A stretch of 64,000 nucleotides of DNA from an uncultured Acidimicrobiaceae bacterium (GTDB lineage Bacteria > Actinomycetota > Acidimicrobiia > Acidimicrobiales > MedAcidi-G1), in NCBI GenBank assembly GCA_963933065.1, contig CAWVUB010000001.1, positions 1,508-65,507 of the forward strand, read 5' to 3'. Made by a program: the position numbers and the translations under genes. Positions 28,444 to 39,088 of the stretch are shown one piece after another; position 1 is the first letter of the stretch, and the number at the start of each line of letters is the position of its first letter. The notes under the pieces are model-generated. The model was not told the DNA's origin. It made no database searches and worked only from the letters and a program-made list of their open reading frames with translations.

Positions 28444-29310
28444 ATGACTACGACAGTAACGATCACAGGAACGGGCACACCTATCCCAACTCCAGACCGA
28501 GCCGGTCCAGGGGTTCTGGTCACCTATGAGCCGCCTGGCGGTGACTCTGTCCGTATTCAGATCGATGCTGGTCGGGGCACAGTAATGCGCCTTTTGGGGG
28601 CTGGTACGAGCCCGGGTGACCTAGACGCCGTGTTCCTCACCCACCATCACTCGGACCACCTAGTTGGTCTTGATGACCTATTGCTGACTCGCTGGGTGAT
28701 GGACCGCACACGCTCGTTGCCGCCCCTACCTGTCGTTGCTCCGGCTGGTCCCTGCACCCGGTTTGTTGGTGGGTTAACTGAGCGATGGTCTGAGGACCTT
28801 GCTGTGCGGTTGACTCATGCCGGACGGGAGCATGGCCCTGTGTTCGATGTTCGAGGTTTTGATTACCCGGTTGCCCCTTTAGAGGTTTGGCGGTGCAATG
28901 GCCTCCGGGTCCTAGCCGGTCAGGTTCGCCACGAACCCGTGCATCCAGCGGTGGGTTACAGGGTTGAGACACCGGACGGGGTAGTAGTCATTTCGGGTGA
29001 CACCGTGGTGTGTGACGAGATGACAGAACTAGCGACCGGCGCTGATGTACTGGTCTATGAGGCGATGCGTTTCGCTGAGGTCCGGCTACTACCGGCACAT
29101 CTGCAGTTCATACTTGATTACCATGCCGACACCGTCGAGATAGGTCGCCAAGCTCGCAATCTGGCAGTTCCAACTTTGATGCTGACCCACCTGATCCCAT
29201 CCCCCAGAAGTGACGAAGACGAGGCTGCCTTCGTCGACGATGTGAGGAGCAGTGGATATGAGGGTGAGGTAGTGGTAGCCCGTGATTTGACGTCGGTTGT
29301 CTTGGGCTGA
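28444..29310 (+). CDS. MBL-fold metallo-hydrolase (RNase Z-like)
   Basis: LTHHHSDH motif, later His/Asp ligands, 288 aa. Confidence 0.75.
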   Translation: MTTTVTITGTGTPIPTPDRAGPGVLVTYEPPGGDSVRIQIDAGRGTVMRLLGAGTSPGDLDAVFLTHHHSDHLVGLDDLLLTRWVMDRTRSLPPLPVVAPAGPCTRFVGGLTERWSEDLAVRLTHAGREHGPVFDVRGFDYPVAPLEVWRCNGLRVLAGQVRHEPVHPAVGYRVETPDGVVVISGDTVVCDEMTELATGADVLVYEAMRFAEVRLLPAHLQFILDYHADTVEIGRQARNLAVPTLMLTHLIPSPRSDEDEAAFVDDVRSSGYEGEVVVARDLTSVVLG

Positions 29311-29374
29311 TTGGGTCCGTTCGCCAAGAGTTGAGACGAACGTTGACTGGCGGTCGGGCTTGAATCTATTTTGA

Positions 29375-30088
29375 TTAATCGTCGTGGAGAACGAACCTGA
29401 TCCGTTTAAAACCCTTGCCCTTGGACTCAGTTTTTGTTACCTCAAGGCGCCCCACCTGGCCTGTAGACGAAACATGGGTCCCACCATCAGCCTGTCTATC
29501 GAGGCCCACGATGTCTACTACTCGTATCTCGGTAATTGACTCGGGTATCAGGCTCACCTTGGTACGGATGAGTTCGCGGTCCAGCACGGCATCTCCCCGG
29601 TCAATGAACGAGACCTCAATGGGGCGGTCCGCCGTAATTTCGTCATTGCACAGCGCCTCTATGTGTGTGCCAAAACCATCAGGGAGTTGGCCCACTTCGA
29701 AGTCCATGCGGCCAGACAAGGCTTCCATGTTCCCGCCAGTTACGACTCGCTTCCAGTGCTTCCACATGACTCCACACAGCACGTGCATGGCAGTGTGGGT
29801 TCTCATCATCTGGCGTCGTCGATTGTCATCGACCTCGCCGGTCACCAAGGAGCCAACCTCAGGAACTGGTCCCGCCAGGGTATGGAGCAAGCAGCCCTCG
29901 ACTGTCTGGACGTTGGTGACGGTCGCTGCCCCGCTGGCCCAAACTAGATAGCCGGTGTCGTGTGGCTGACCTCCACTGGTGGCGTAGAAGGCTGTGCGGT
30001 CCAGTTCGACTCGGTCGCCATCGATAGCCACTACCTCAGCCTCGAATGACCGTAGGTCAGCATCCTTTAGGTAGAGGCGTTCAGTCAT
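29375..30088 (-). CDS. AlaX-type alanyl-tRNA editing-domain protein
   Basis: 237 aa. The HTAMHVL (HxxxH) motif is present. The second zinc motif reads DGGTHV where the family normally has CGGTH. Confidence 0.7.
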   Translation of the reverse strand: MTERLYLKDADLRSFEAEVVAIDGDRVELDRTAFYATSGGQPHDTGYLVWASGAATVTNVQTVEGCLLHTLAGPVPEVGSLVTGEVDDNRRRQMMRTHTAMHVLCGVMWKHWKRVVTGGNMEALSGRMDFEVGQLPDGFGTHIEALCNDEITADRPIEVSFIDRGDAVLDRELIRTKVSLIPESITEIRVVDIVGLDRQADGGTHVSSTGQVGRLEVTKTESKGKGFKRIRFVLHDD

Positions 30089-30573
30089 GGTCCTGTCGAT
30101 GTGTCGCCGACAAAGCTAGCAACGTCGATACGCAGCTCCCCAGTGACCACAGTCCACTTGAGGTGCATCAATCCGGTCCCGTCGGCCGGCCAGGTTGTGG
30201 TCGGGTCGCAGCCGTTAATGAAGTTTTCTGCTTTGTCGTCCCACTGCACTAGGCAGTCGGTGCTGCCAGGGACTCGGGCTGATACTGCTACCCACCCGAT
30301 GGCCGGATCAGCACCAAAGTGCGATACCCAGATTGGGAGTTCGTTGCCTACCAAGTCAGGAAATGGCACGGGCCCACGTTCAGAGATCTCGACAGCCAGA
30401 TTGGCGGCTTGGATGCCGCGGAAGTCTGGATCACCCAACTGAACGTCGATGGCATCGGATGATCCGGCTAGTTGGAGCACCAAGGCTAGGGCACCCACTG
30501 CACCGGCTAGGCCAACCGCAGTTACTGCAACTGCCCGCTTCAGGTCGAGGCGGACTCCCCGGGCGACGGTCAT
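30085..30573 (-). CDS. Hypothetical membrane-anchored/secreted protein
   Basis: Start moved to ATG 30573 (MTVARGVRLDLKRAVAVTAVGLAGAVGALALVL). Its stop overlaps the AlaX start (ATGA). Confidence 0.4.
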   Translation of the reverse strand: MTVARGVRLDLKRAVAVTAVGLAGAVGALALVLQLAGSSDAIDVQLGDPDFRGIQAANLAVEISERGPVPFPDLVGNELPIWVSHFGADPAIGWVAVSARVPGSTDCLVQWDDKAENFINGCDPTTTWPADGTGLMHLKWTVVTGELRIDVASFVGDTSTGP

Positions 30574-30730
30574 GGTCGGATGGAACTCTCTTTTCGGCGT
30601 GTCTGGTTGAGTGGAACAGAGGGTAGACGTCACACCTTCCCGTTGGGGAGGGTGTGACAAATCTGAGCCTAGGATCAGGCGGTCTACGCCGGCGAACACA
30701 CGCAGGCAAAAATCGTCGGGAGGCGACCGG

Positions 30731-31891
30731 GTGGATCTGTTCGAGTACCAGGGCAAACAGTTCTTTGCCCATTACGGCATGCCGATTTCTGATGGGGAGA
30801 TCGCCTTTACAGTGGATGAGGCTGTATCGGCAGCTGAACGCCTTGGAACCCCGGTCATGGTTAAAGCCCAAGTTCATACTGGGGGGCGAGGCAAAGCCGG
30901 GGGGGTCAAGTTTGCCGCCACGGTCGAAGACGTGCGCACCCACGCCACATCCATTTTGGGTTTAGACATCAGTGGACACCTCGTGGGTCGGGTCTGGATC
31001 GAACGGGCATCTGATATCGCTGAGGAGTATTACGCCTCCTTCACCTTGGACCGTTCAGCTAAAAAGCATCTTGGGATGTTGTCGGTTGAGGGTGGCGTGG
31101 AGATTGAGACGGTGGCCGCTGACAACCCCGATGCCATTGCCAAGGTCTGGATTGATCCCGTTGATGGGCTTAACGAGGCTACGACGCGTAGCTGGGTAGG
31201 TGCCGCAGGCCTTCCGGAGGCCGCCGTGGAAGACACAGTGACCATCCTCCAGCAGTTGTACAGGGCATACGTCGAGGGTGACGCCGACTTGGTAGAGATC
31301 AATCCACTGATCCTGACTTCTGAGGGCCGAGTCCATGTCCTTGACGCCAAGGTCACGTTGGATGCCAATTCTGTTTTTCGCCACCCGGACTACGCGATCT
31401 ACGACGAGACTCAGACTCGAGACGAACGAGAGACGGCGGCTCATGCCCGAGGTCTGCAGTACGTGGGTCTAGGAGGCTCAGTAGGTGTGATTGCCAATGG
31501 TGCCGGCCTGGCTATGTCTACGGTTGACGTGGTGAGTCAGGTTGGGGGTAGTTCGGCCAACTTCTTGGACATTGGAGGCGGCGCTAACGCAGACGTCATG
31601 GCTGGAGCGCTGGAGGTCATTAATAATGATCCAGCAGTGCGGTCCATATTCATCAATATCTTTGGTGGGATTACCCGGGGCGAAGAGGTAGCCAACGGCA
31701 TTCTGGGGGCCCTTGAGCGGGTTCATATCGATGCCCCAATCGTGATTCGCTTGGATGGCACTAATGCCGACGAAGGACGCGCCATCTTAGAGCCACACCT
31801 TTCTGAGAGTCTGCAGATGGCGCCGACCATGTTGGAGGCGGCCCGACGTTCCGTGGAGTTGGCTGGCTCTTTTGAGGGGAGGACCCTATGA
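30731..31891 (+). CDS. sucC: Succinate--CoA ligase beta subunit
   Basis: Start at GTG 30731 (VDLFEYQGKQFFAHYGMP). KAQVHTGGRGKAGGVKF and NIFGGITR motifs. Confidence 0.9.
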   Translation: MDLFEYQGKQFFAHYGMPISDGEIAFTVDEAVSAAERLGTPVMVKAQVHTGGRGKAGGVKFAATVEDVRTHATSILGLDISGHLVGRVWIERASDIAEEYYASFTLDRSAKKHLGMLSVEGGVEIETVAADNPDAIAKVWIDPVDGLNEATTRSWVGAAGLPEAAVEDTVTILQQLYRAYVEGDADLVEINPLILTSEGRVHVLDAKVTLDANSVFRHPDYAIYDETQTRDERETAAHARGLQYVGLGGSVGVIANGAGLAMSTVDVVSQVGGSSANFLDIGGGANADVMAGALEVINNDPAVRSIFINIFGGITRGEEVANGILGALERVHIDAPIVIRLDGTNADEGRAILEPHLSESLQMAPTMLEAARRSVELAGSFEGRTL

Positions 31892-32787
31892 GTATCTTTA
31901 TCGACGCTGAGACCAAAGTTGTCTACCAAGGCCTCACGGGTAGTCAAGGCCGCTATTACGGACTCCTAAATCGTGACTACGGCACACAGGTGGTAGCGGG
32001 GACAAACCCGCGCAAAGCCGGGACCGACGTCGATGGTATTCCGGTTTATGCCTCGGTAGCCGAGGCTGTCGCCGAGTCCGGGGCTACGGCTTCGTGCATT
32101 TTTATTCCGGCGCCCGGGGTACGCGACGCAGTGCTGGAGGCGGCCGAGGGTGGAGTGGAGTTCATTGTCGCTATCACTGAGGGTGTACCAGCCCATGATG
32201 AAGCCGACTTATTCAATCGACTGAAGCGCGATCATCCTGAGGTACAACTATTGGGCCCAAACTGTCCAGGAATCATCTCTCCCGGGCAGGCCAATATTGG
32301 CATCACTGCTGGACACATCGCCTTGCCTGGCGGACCGGTGGGGATTGTTAGTCGCTCAGGTACTTTGACCTACCAAGCTTTGTACGAACTTCGGGAGAAA
32401 GGCATTGGGTGCACCACCTGTGTAGGCATCGGTGGTGATCCGGTGCCTGGAACGTCTTTCATTGATTGTCTTCGAGCTTTCGAGGCTGATCCTGAGACTG
32501 AAGCCGTAATGATGATTGGCGAGATTGGTGGATCAGCAGAAGAGGAAGCTGCTGAATTTATTGCCGAGCACATGACTAAGCCGGTATCTGCCTACGTAGC
32601 CGGTGTTACAGCTCCTCCAGGCAAGAAGATGGGTCACGCCGGCGCCATTGTGTCCGGTGGACGCGGTACCGCAGCAGCCAAGATGGATGCCCTCCGTGAC
32701 GCTGGTGTGCGGGTGGGACTTAACCCCACCGAGGCTGGCGAACACATGGCTGACATCGTTTCTGAACTGGCTGCTGAACGGAACTAG
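31888..32787 (+). CDS. sucD: Succinate--CoA ligase alpha subunit
   Basis: [20 protein letters not shown] and [10 protein letters not shown] (phospho-His) motifs. Overlaps sucC by 4 nt. Confidence 0.92.
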   Translation: MSIFIDAETKVVYQGLTGSQGRYYGLLNRDYGTQVVAGTNPRKAGTDVDGIPVYASVAEAVAESGATASCIFIPAPGVRDAVLEAAEGGVEFIVAITEGVPAHDEADLFNRLKRDHPEVQLLGPNCPGIISPGQANIGITAGHIALPGGPVGIVSRSGTLTYQALYELREKGIGCTTCVGIGGDPVPGTSFIDCLRAFEADPETEAVMMIGEIGGSAEEEAAEFIAEHMTKPVSAYVAGVTAPPGKKMGHAGAIVSGGRGTAAAKMDALRDAGVRVGLNPTEAGEHMADIVSELAAERN

Positions 32788-32823
32788 CAACAGCATTGCG
32801 AGGGCACTGGTACGGTCGCCGGC

Positions 32824-33414
32824 ATGTCACTGGCGGTACTGGCCTCGGGAACCGGCTCAATTTTGGATGCCATGGTTAGAGCCGATTTGCCTGTCGCCCT
32901 TGTGGTTTCAGACCGTCTGTGCCCCGCTGTGCGTTGCGCCGTTGGCCACGATGTGGAGGCTTTGGTGGTCCAACGTGAGTCGTTTGGTGCTGACTTCGAC
33001 CGGGTCGGTTACTCGGCGGTGCTGGCTGACCGGCTTGCGGAGCATGCCGTGACGATGGTGGCTATGGCTGGATTTGGCACCATTCTGGGTCAACCCTTTC
33101 ATGATCGGTTTGCTGGTCGGGTTCTCAATACTCATCCGGCCTTGCTGCCTGCTTTTCCAGGCTGGCACGCTGTACGCGATGCTTTGACCGCTGGAGTCGG
33201 CGTTACGGGCTGCACGGTGCACCTAGCCACTCTTGAGGTCGATGCCGGTCCGATTCTGGCCCAAGAGGAGGTGCTGGTGTGGCCTGATGACGACGAGGCC
33301 TCTCTGCATGAACGTATCAAGGTGGTCGAGCGTCGTCTCTATGTTGACACGCTGCGGTCTATCCTCGCTGGCGAAATTCTTCTCGAATCAGTGTTTGAAG
33401 GAGCCAAGTCGTGA
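32824..33414 (+). CDS. purN: Phosphoribosylglycinamide formyltransferase
   Basis: LASGTGS, LNTHPALLPAF and GCTVH..LEVDAGPI motifs. Confidence 0.85.
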   Translation: MSLAVLASGTGSILDAMVRADLPVALVVSDRLCPAVRCAVGHDVEALVVQRESFGADFDRVGYSAVLADRLAEHAVTMVAMAGFGTILGQPFHDRFAGRVLNTHPALLPAFPGWHAVRDALTAGVGVTGCTVHLATLEVDAGPILAQEEVLVWPDDDEASLHERIKVVERRLYVDTLRSILAGEILLESVFEGAKS

Positions 33415-34970
33415 GTCCGCCACCGACCCCTATGCCGCCCCGAGCGTTGATATCGGTTTACGACAAGGCAGGGATCGTCGATCTTGCCCGAGATTTGGTG
33501 GAATTAGGCTGGGAACTCGTAGCGAGTGGTGGGACGACAACGCTGCTCTCTGGTCAAGGGATTCCAGTCACTGAGGTGGTCGAGATCACCCATGCACCGG
33601 AGATGCTAAACGGGCGCGTTAAGACACTTCATCCCGTGATCCACGGGGGGATCTTGGCCGACCGTTCTGACCCAACCCAGATGAAGGACTTATTAGACCG
33701 GGAGATCACACCTATTGATCTGGTCGTTAGCAACTTCTACCCATTCTCGACTGATCCCGGGATTGATTCGATTGATATCGGTGGGCCGGCCATGGTTCGG
33801 GCCGCTGCTAAGAACCATGCGTTCGTTGGGGTGCTTGTTGACCCGGCTGACTACAGCGAGATATTGGCTGAGCTACGGGCTGATGAGTTGTTGTCAGAGA
33901 GGACACGTCGCCGTCTCGCTCGGAAAGCCTTTGCTCATAATGCGGCTTATGAGGCCGCCATCGTCCAGTGGTTTGATGGAGATGAATCGTCGGATCCGAA
34001 TGCTGACCCGTTGAAGCCGTCGATCCACTTGACGTTAGAGCGGGTTCAGGACCTCCGGTACGGCGAAAATCCCCACCAGATAGCAGCTCGTTATCGCACC
34101 GTGGGGGTGTCAGGGTGTTGGGATACTGCTGTGATCCACGGTGGAAAAGCCATGTCGTATCTAAACCTCTTCGACACCGAGGCGGCTTGGCGGCTTGTAC
34201 ACGCTCTCGGAGCTTCAAATGGTCCGCGAATGGACGAGCCGACGGCGGTGGTCGTCAAACACGGCAACCCCTGCGGCGTGGCAGTTCGCGCCGATGTCGC
34301 CGAGGCATGGTTGGCGGCCCATGAGTGCGATCCAGTATCAGCTTTTGGGGGCATCGTGGCTGTAAACCGAACGGTGACCATGGCCATGGCTGGACCGTTG
34401 GCAGACGTGTTCACCGAGGTAGTGGTGGCCCCGGGCTATGAGCCTGATGCACTAGTTCATCTTCAAGGAAAGGCCAACTTGCGAATCTTGGAGGCTCAGG
34501 CGCCGACTTGGCCCGAACTTGACCTCCGTGGCATCGACGGAGGCCTACTGGTTCAGACAACAGACCGAGTTGTCGCCGATCCATCACAGTGGGAAGTGGT
34601 TACTAAGCGGGAGCCCACGGCTGAGGAGTGGAACGACCTGATATTTGCTTGGCTGGTGGCGGCCCGGGTGAGTTCCAACACCATTGTGCTGGCCAAGGAT
34701 CGTCAAGCGGTTGGTATCGGCGCTGGGCAGCAGAATCGTCGTGACGCCGGTCAGGTTGCTGCAGATAAAGCGGCTGGGCGAGCTAACGGCGGAGCATGTG
34801 CCAGTGACGCTTTTTTCCCGTTTCGTGATGGTCTCGACGTTGTGGCGGCGGCGGGGGCCACCGCGGTGGTCCAGCCAGGTGGTTCAGTGCGGGACCACGA
34901 GGTGATCACAGCAGCCGACGAACAGAACATGGCCATGGTGTTTACCGGTGAGCGCCACTTCCGTCATTGA
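33411..34970 (+). CDS. purH: Bifunctional AICAR transformylase / IMP cyclohydrolase
   Basis: [25 protein letters not shown] and the C-terminal TGERHFRH. Confidence 0.92.
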   Translation: MSPPPTPMPPRALISVYDKAGIVDLARDLVELGWELVASGGTTTLLSGQGIPVTEVVEITHAPEMLNGRVKTLHPVIHGGILADRSDPTQMKDLLDREITPIDLVVSNFYPFSTDPGIDSIDIGGPAMVRAAAKNHAFVGVLVDPADYSEILAELRADELLSERTRRRLARKAFAHNAAYEAAIVQWFDGDESSDPNADPLKPSIHLTLERVQDLRYGENPHQIAARYRTVGVSGCWDTAVIHGGKAMSYLNLFDTEAAWRLVHALGASNGPRMDEPTAVVVKHGNPCGVAVRADVAEAWLAAHECDPVSAFGGIVAVNRTVTMAMAGPLADVFTEVVVAPGYEPDALVHLQGKANLRILEAQAPTWPELDLRGIDGGLLVQTTDRVVADPSQWEVVTKREPTAEEWNDLIFAWLVAARVSSNTIVLAKDRQAVGIGAGQQNRRDAGQVAADKAAGRANGGACASDAFFPFRDGLDVVAAAGATAVVQPGGSVRDHEVITAADEQNMAMVFTGERHFRH

Positions 34971-35050
34971 ACTGTCTGCAGTACGTCGGTCCTTAGAGTT
35001 CCCTCATTTACTACTAGCCCGAAGCTTTGTGGGAGGTAACGTCACCTCGT

Positions 35051-35902
35051 ATGAGCGCAAAACTTCTTGCAGGGGCACCAGTCGCTGAGGCTGTCCTTGA
35101 TGATGTCCGTGCCCGGGTTGACGTCTTGAAGGCCGCTGGGGTAACACCAGGTCTGGGCACCATCCTGGTTGGCGACGATGGTGCCAGCGCCGGCTACGTC
35201 CGGAAGAAGCACGAGACTTGCGAATCGGTTGGCATGGCATCACATCACATCCAAGTGGGGGCTGACGATCCTCCGGATGCACTAGATGAGGCGGTGGCCC
35301 GGTTCAACGCAGACCCCTTGGTCCACGCCTACATCATCCAGCACCCGGTGGCTGACGGCTTCGACTTCAATGCTGCCCTGTCGGCTATGGACCCTGCTAA
35401 AGATGCTGACGGCCTTCATCCGACCAACCTTGGTCGGCTAGTCCTCCAGGAGGACGGGCCAGTGCCGTGCACCCCAGCTGGTATCCAAGCCATATTTATC
35501 CATTACGAAATCGAGATCAGTGGCAAGCATGTGGTGGTTATTGGACGGGGTCCGACCTTGGGTCGACCGCTTTCGCTACTACTAACCACCAAGGCCCTAG
35601 GTGCCAATGCTGCGGTCACGGTTGTCCACTCGGCGGTGCCCAACTTGGCCGACATAACCCGTGAAGCCGACATCGTTGTGGCTGCTTTGGGAGTGCCGTC
35701 GTTCGTGCAGCCCGAGATGGTCAGGCCAGGGGCTGTGGTAGTGAGTGGTGGTATTTCCTGGGAGGGGAAAAGGCTCTTAGCCGACGTAGACGAGTCAGTC
35801 GGTGAGGTTGCTTCGTGGATTACTCCCCGCCTGGGTGGAGTGGGTCCGACGACAGTGGCGATGCTTCTACGTAACACCGTCGAAGCCGCTGAAGCTTCTT
35901 GA
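35051..35902 (+). CDS. folD: Methylenetetrahydrofolate dehydrogenase/cyclohydrolase
   Basis: Start at ATG 35051. SAGYVRKK, GLHPTNLG, VVIGRGPTLGRP and GGVGPTTVAML motifs. Confidence 0.9.
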   Translation: MSAKLLAGAPVAEAVLDDVRARVDVLKAAGVTPGLGTILVGDDGASAGYVRKKHETCESVGMASHHIQVGADDPPDALDEAVARFNADPLVHAYIIQHPVADGFDFNAALSAMDPAKDADGLHPTNLGRLVLQEDGPVPCTPAGIQAIFIHYEIEISGKHVVVIGRGPTLGRPLSLLLTTKALGANAAVTVVHSAVPNLADITREADIVVAALGVPSFVQPEMVRPGAVVVSGGISWEGKRLLADVDESVGEVASWITPRLGGVGPTTVAMLLRNTVEAAEAS

Positions 35903-36077
35903 GGTAGTTGGAGAGTTGTTCTCTAGGTTTGACGTAGGTTGGGTTTGCGTGAGGTCTGACTCCCGTCTGATTTCTCACTGAGTTGTCTGCTGGTCTGGTA
36001 CCTGGCTTAATTGGCCGTTTCCTCGGACAAAGGTTTCTCTGAGCTCGCCGAGGTCGAAAATCGGTAGGGTCAGTTGC

Positions 36078-37274
36078 ATGGCAGAAAAGATCATCATGGG
36101 CGCGGACGGCGCCCTTCAGGTACCAGTCAACCCCATCATTCCCTTCATTGAAGGTGACGGAACCGGTATAGACATCTGGCCAGCAGCGCGCCTGGTGTTG
36201 GATGCTGCGGCGGCCAAGTACGGCCATACCGTGGAGTGGCGAGAAGTTCTGGCTGGCGAGAAGGCCTATAACGAGACCGGCGAGTGGCTTCCTCAGGAGA
36301 CCGTCGAGATCTTCACTGATTACCTGATTGGTATTAAGGGTCCGCTCACCACCCCCATTGGTGGTGGGTTCCGAAGTCTCAACGTGGCGATACGTCAGAT
36401 CCTTGATCTGTATGTCTGCCTGCGCCCGGTGCGCTGGTTCCAGGGCGTGCCGTCGCCGGTTAAGCACCCCGAACTGGTCGACATGGTTATTTTCAGGGAG
36501 AATACCGAAGACATTTACGCTGGCCTCGAGGTGGAGGCTATGACTCCTGATGCCCTCAAGTTACGTGAACTTTTAGAAGATGCTTTCGGGTGGAAGATTC
36601 GTGAAGACGCTGGTATCGGTATCAAGCCAATTTCCAAGATGGGATCGCAGCGTCTTCAGCGCGCAGCCCTCCAGTACGCCGTAGATCGTGGGCTCCCCAG
36701 AGTCCACTGGGTGCACAAGGGCAACATAATGAAGTTCACCGAGGGCGCATTTCAAAAGTGGGGCTATGAACTAGTCCGTGAGGAGTTCGCTGACGTGGCA
36801 GTTGGGTGGGATGACTGCGGTGGTGAACCTGGCGATCGGGTTCTCGTGCAGGACACCATCGCCGACATCGCGCTCCAGCAGGTTCTTACACGTCCAGCCG
36901 AGTTCGACGTGATCGCCACGATGAACTTGAACGGCGACTATCTCTCTGATGCACTGGCTGCCCAGGTCGGGGGTATTGGCATAGCCCCGGGTGGTAATGC
37001 CAACTATGTCACGGGACACGGAATCTTTGAGGCCACTCACGGGACGGCTCCAAAATACGCCGGCCAGGACAAAGTCAACCCTTCGTCGGTCCTTCTCTCA
37101 GGTGTACTTATGTTCGAGCACATTGGTTGGCAGGAAGCAGCGGATGACATCGTGCAGGCTGTGGAGTCAGCGGTGACCGACAAGATCGTGACCTATGACT
37201 TTGCCCGTTTGATGGACGGGGCTACCGAGGTGAAGTGCTCGGAGTTCGCCTCGGCCGTGGTCGACCGGCTCTGA
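36078..37274 (+). CDS. icd: NADP-dependent isocitrate dehydrogenase (homodimeric prokaryotic type)
   Basis: [34 protein letters not shown] and [17 protein letters not shown] motifs. 398 aa. Confidence 0.9.
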   Translation: MAEKIIMGADGALQVPVNPIIPFIEGDGTGIDIWPAARLVLDAAAAKYGHTVEWREVLAGEKAYNETGEWLPQETVEIFTDYLIGIKGPLTTPIGGGFRSLNVAIRQILDLYVCLRPVRWFQGVPSPVKHPELVDMVIFRENTEDIYAGLEVEAMTPDALKLRELLEDAFGWKIREDAGIGIKPISKMGSQRLQRAALQYAVDRGLPRVHWVHKGNIMKFTEGAFQKWGYELVREEFADVAVGWDDCGGEPGDRVLVQDTIADIALQQVLTRPAEFDVIATMNLNGDYLSDALAAQVGGIGIAPGGNANYVTGHGIFEATHGTAPKYAGQDKVNPSSVLLSGVLMFEHIGWQEAADDIVQAVESAVTDKIVTYDFARLMDGATEVKCSEFASAVVDRL

Positions 37275-37294
37275 GCACCGGATCCGGCTACACC

Positions 37295-39088
37295 GTGCCC
37301 GAAAGTGTGGTGCGCCGCGGTGTGCGGCTGGTTTGGCAGTCCTTGCGGCTACACCCGTGGGCTCACGCAGCGGCGATTATGGGCGCCAACGTGTTCGCTC
37401 TAGCTGTCGTGGGTTTCACAGTGGTGATCGGGCGGATAACCGATGAGGTGATTATCCCTGGTCTAGACGGTGATGGGGTAAGCCGAGATTCGGTGGGTGG
37501 CGCAGTATTGGTGGTGGTGCTCGTTGGTGTGGTGCGGACGGCCTCGATAATGGTCCGGCGTTGGTTCAACATGCTGGCAACCGTTAAAACCCAACGCACT
37601 TGGCGCTGGGCTGTTACTGATCGGTTCCTTGATGTTCCTTTGGCCTACTACCGGTCCCGACCCGCCGGGCAACTATTGGCCCATGCTGACGCAGATGTCG
37701 AAGTCGCCACCTCAATGCTCAAACCGCTGGCATTCTCGCTTTCAGTGGTGGTTTTAGCCCTTGCCGCCTTGATCAGCTTGCTGTTAGTCCATCCGTTGTT
37801 CGCTTTGGTTGCCGTAGTGATGTTTCCGACGTTGACCTTTCTTAATCGTCAGTTCACCCGGAAGGTGGAGGTTCCGGCGGCTGCCGGGCAGGAGGCTGTG
37901 GGTACGTTGTCAGGGATTGCCCATGAGAGCTTTGATGGCGTGCTGGTTGTTAAAACTTTGGGACACGAGAGCGTTGAACTAGAAAGATTCAGCAGTTCAG
38001 CCCGTGCCCTTAGAGAACATCGATTAGCGGTGGGTCGACTTAGAGCTAAATACGGGCCAGTGAACTATGCCCTGCCCCAGCTGGGGATCATTGTCCTACT
38101 GATGGTGGGAGTCTGGCTAGTCGATAGTGGATCTGTGTCAATCGGTGATGTGGTCCGGGCTATGTCTCTATTCAGCATCCTTACCCTGCCGATGGAGATT
38201 CTCGGCTACCTGTTCCAGGAGATGCCCCGCTCGGTGGTTGCTATGGACCGTATTAACGGGGTTATGGCCGAACCGATCGAACCTCGACCCGTGGCACCGT
38301 TGATCTCTAATCCCAGGTCAGCTAGCGAGGTAGAGGTCGAATTTGATGCTGTGGGCTTTACACACCCGGCTGGCTTAGCAGTTCTTAACGGACTTAACTT
38401 AAGTCTAGAACCAGGTGAATCGGTGGCCTTAGTAGGTGCAACTGGATCGGGTAAAAGTACAGCAGTGGCTTTATTGGCTGGTCTCGTGCCACCCACTGTC
38501 GGTGAGGTTCGCATCGGTGGGGTACCCACTACTGTGCTGGGCCCTGGGGGAGTAGCCGCCTCGGTGGCCACCGTCCTACAGGAGACCTTTCTGTTCGCCG
38601 ACACGGTGCGGGCCAACCTGACGCTGGGGCGCGACGTCAGCGACGAAGAACTGGTTGGGGCACTTACAGCAGCTTCGGCGGATGGCTTTGTAACTGGACT
38701 AGAAAACGGCCTTGAGACCGTGATTGGCGAGCGGGGAGTGACCCTGTCGGGTGGCCAACGCCAGCGTCTGGCTATCGCCCGCGCTCTGCTGCGTTGCCCC
38801 GCCGTCCTTGTGCTCGACGACGCGACTTCGGCTGTCGACCCGCTGATCGAGGAGGGAATCCTGGCTGCCCTGCGCCTCCCTACCTTCGCTGCCGGGGATC
38901 GGATGACTTTGCTGGTAGTAGCCCATCGTCTAGCTACTATCCGCCTAGCTGATCGAGTCTTGTTCCTCGACGATGGGTGTATCGCTGCATTTGGAACCCA
39001 CGAGGAACTCCTCGACGTTGAGGGCTACGCCACTTTGGCTCGTGCCTACGAGATGGCTGGAAGCCAGCTACGTGGAGATAGAAATTGA
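37295..39088 (+). CDS. ABC exporter, fused permease/ATPase subunit (consensus-deviant Walker B)
   Basis: Six-TM domain plus NBD. Walker A GATGSGKST, signature LSGGQRQR, Walker B LVLDDATS (Asp where the catalytic Glu is usual). Start uncertain (GTG 37295/37307/37310; the ORF opens at 37235 inside icd). Confidence 0.8.
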   Translation: MPESVVRRGVRLVWQSLRLHPWAHAAAIMGANVFALAVVGFTVVIGRITDEVIIPGLDGDGVSRDSVGGAVLVVVLVGVVRTASIMVRRWFNMLATVKTQRTWRWAVTDRFLDVPLAYYRSRPAGQLLAHADADVEVATSMLKPLAFSLSVVVLALAALISLLLVHPLFALVAVVMFPTLTFLNRQFTRKVEVPAAAGQEAVGTLSGIAHESFDGVLVVKTLGHESVELERFSSSARALREHRLAVGRLRAKYGPVNYALPQLGIIVLLMVGVWLVDSGSVSIGDVVRAMSLFSILTLPMEILGYLFQEMPRSVVAMDRINGVMAEPIEPRPVAPLISNPRSASEVEVEFDAVGFTHPAGLAVLNGLNLSLEPGESVALVGATGSGKSTAVALLAGLVPPTVGEVRIGGVPTTVLGPGGVAASVATVLQETFLFADTVRANLTLGRDVSDEELVGALTAASADGFVTGLENGLETVIGERGVTLSGGQRQRLAIARALLRCPAVLVLDDATSAVDPLIEEGILAALRLPTFAAGDRMTLLVVAHRLATIRLADRVLFLDDGCIAAFGTHEELLDVEGYATLARAYEMAGSQLRGDRN

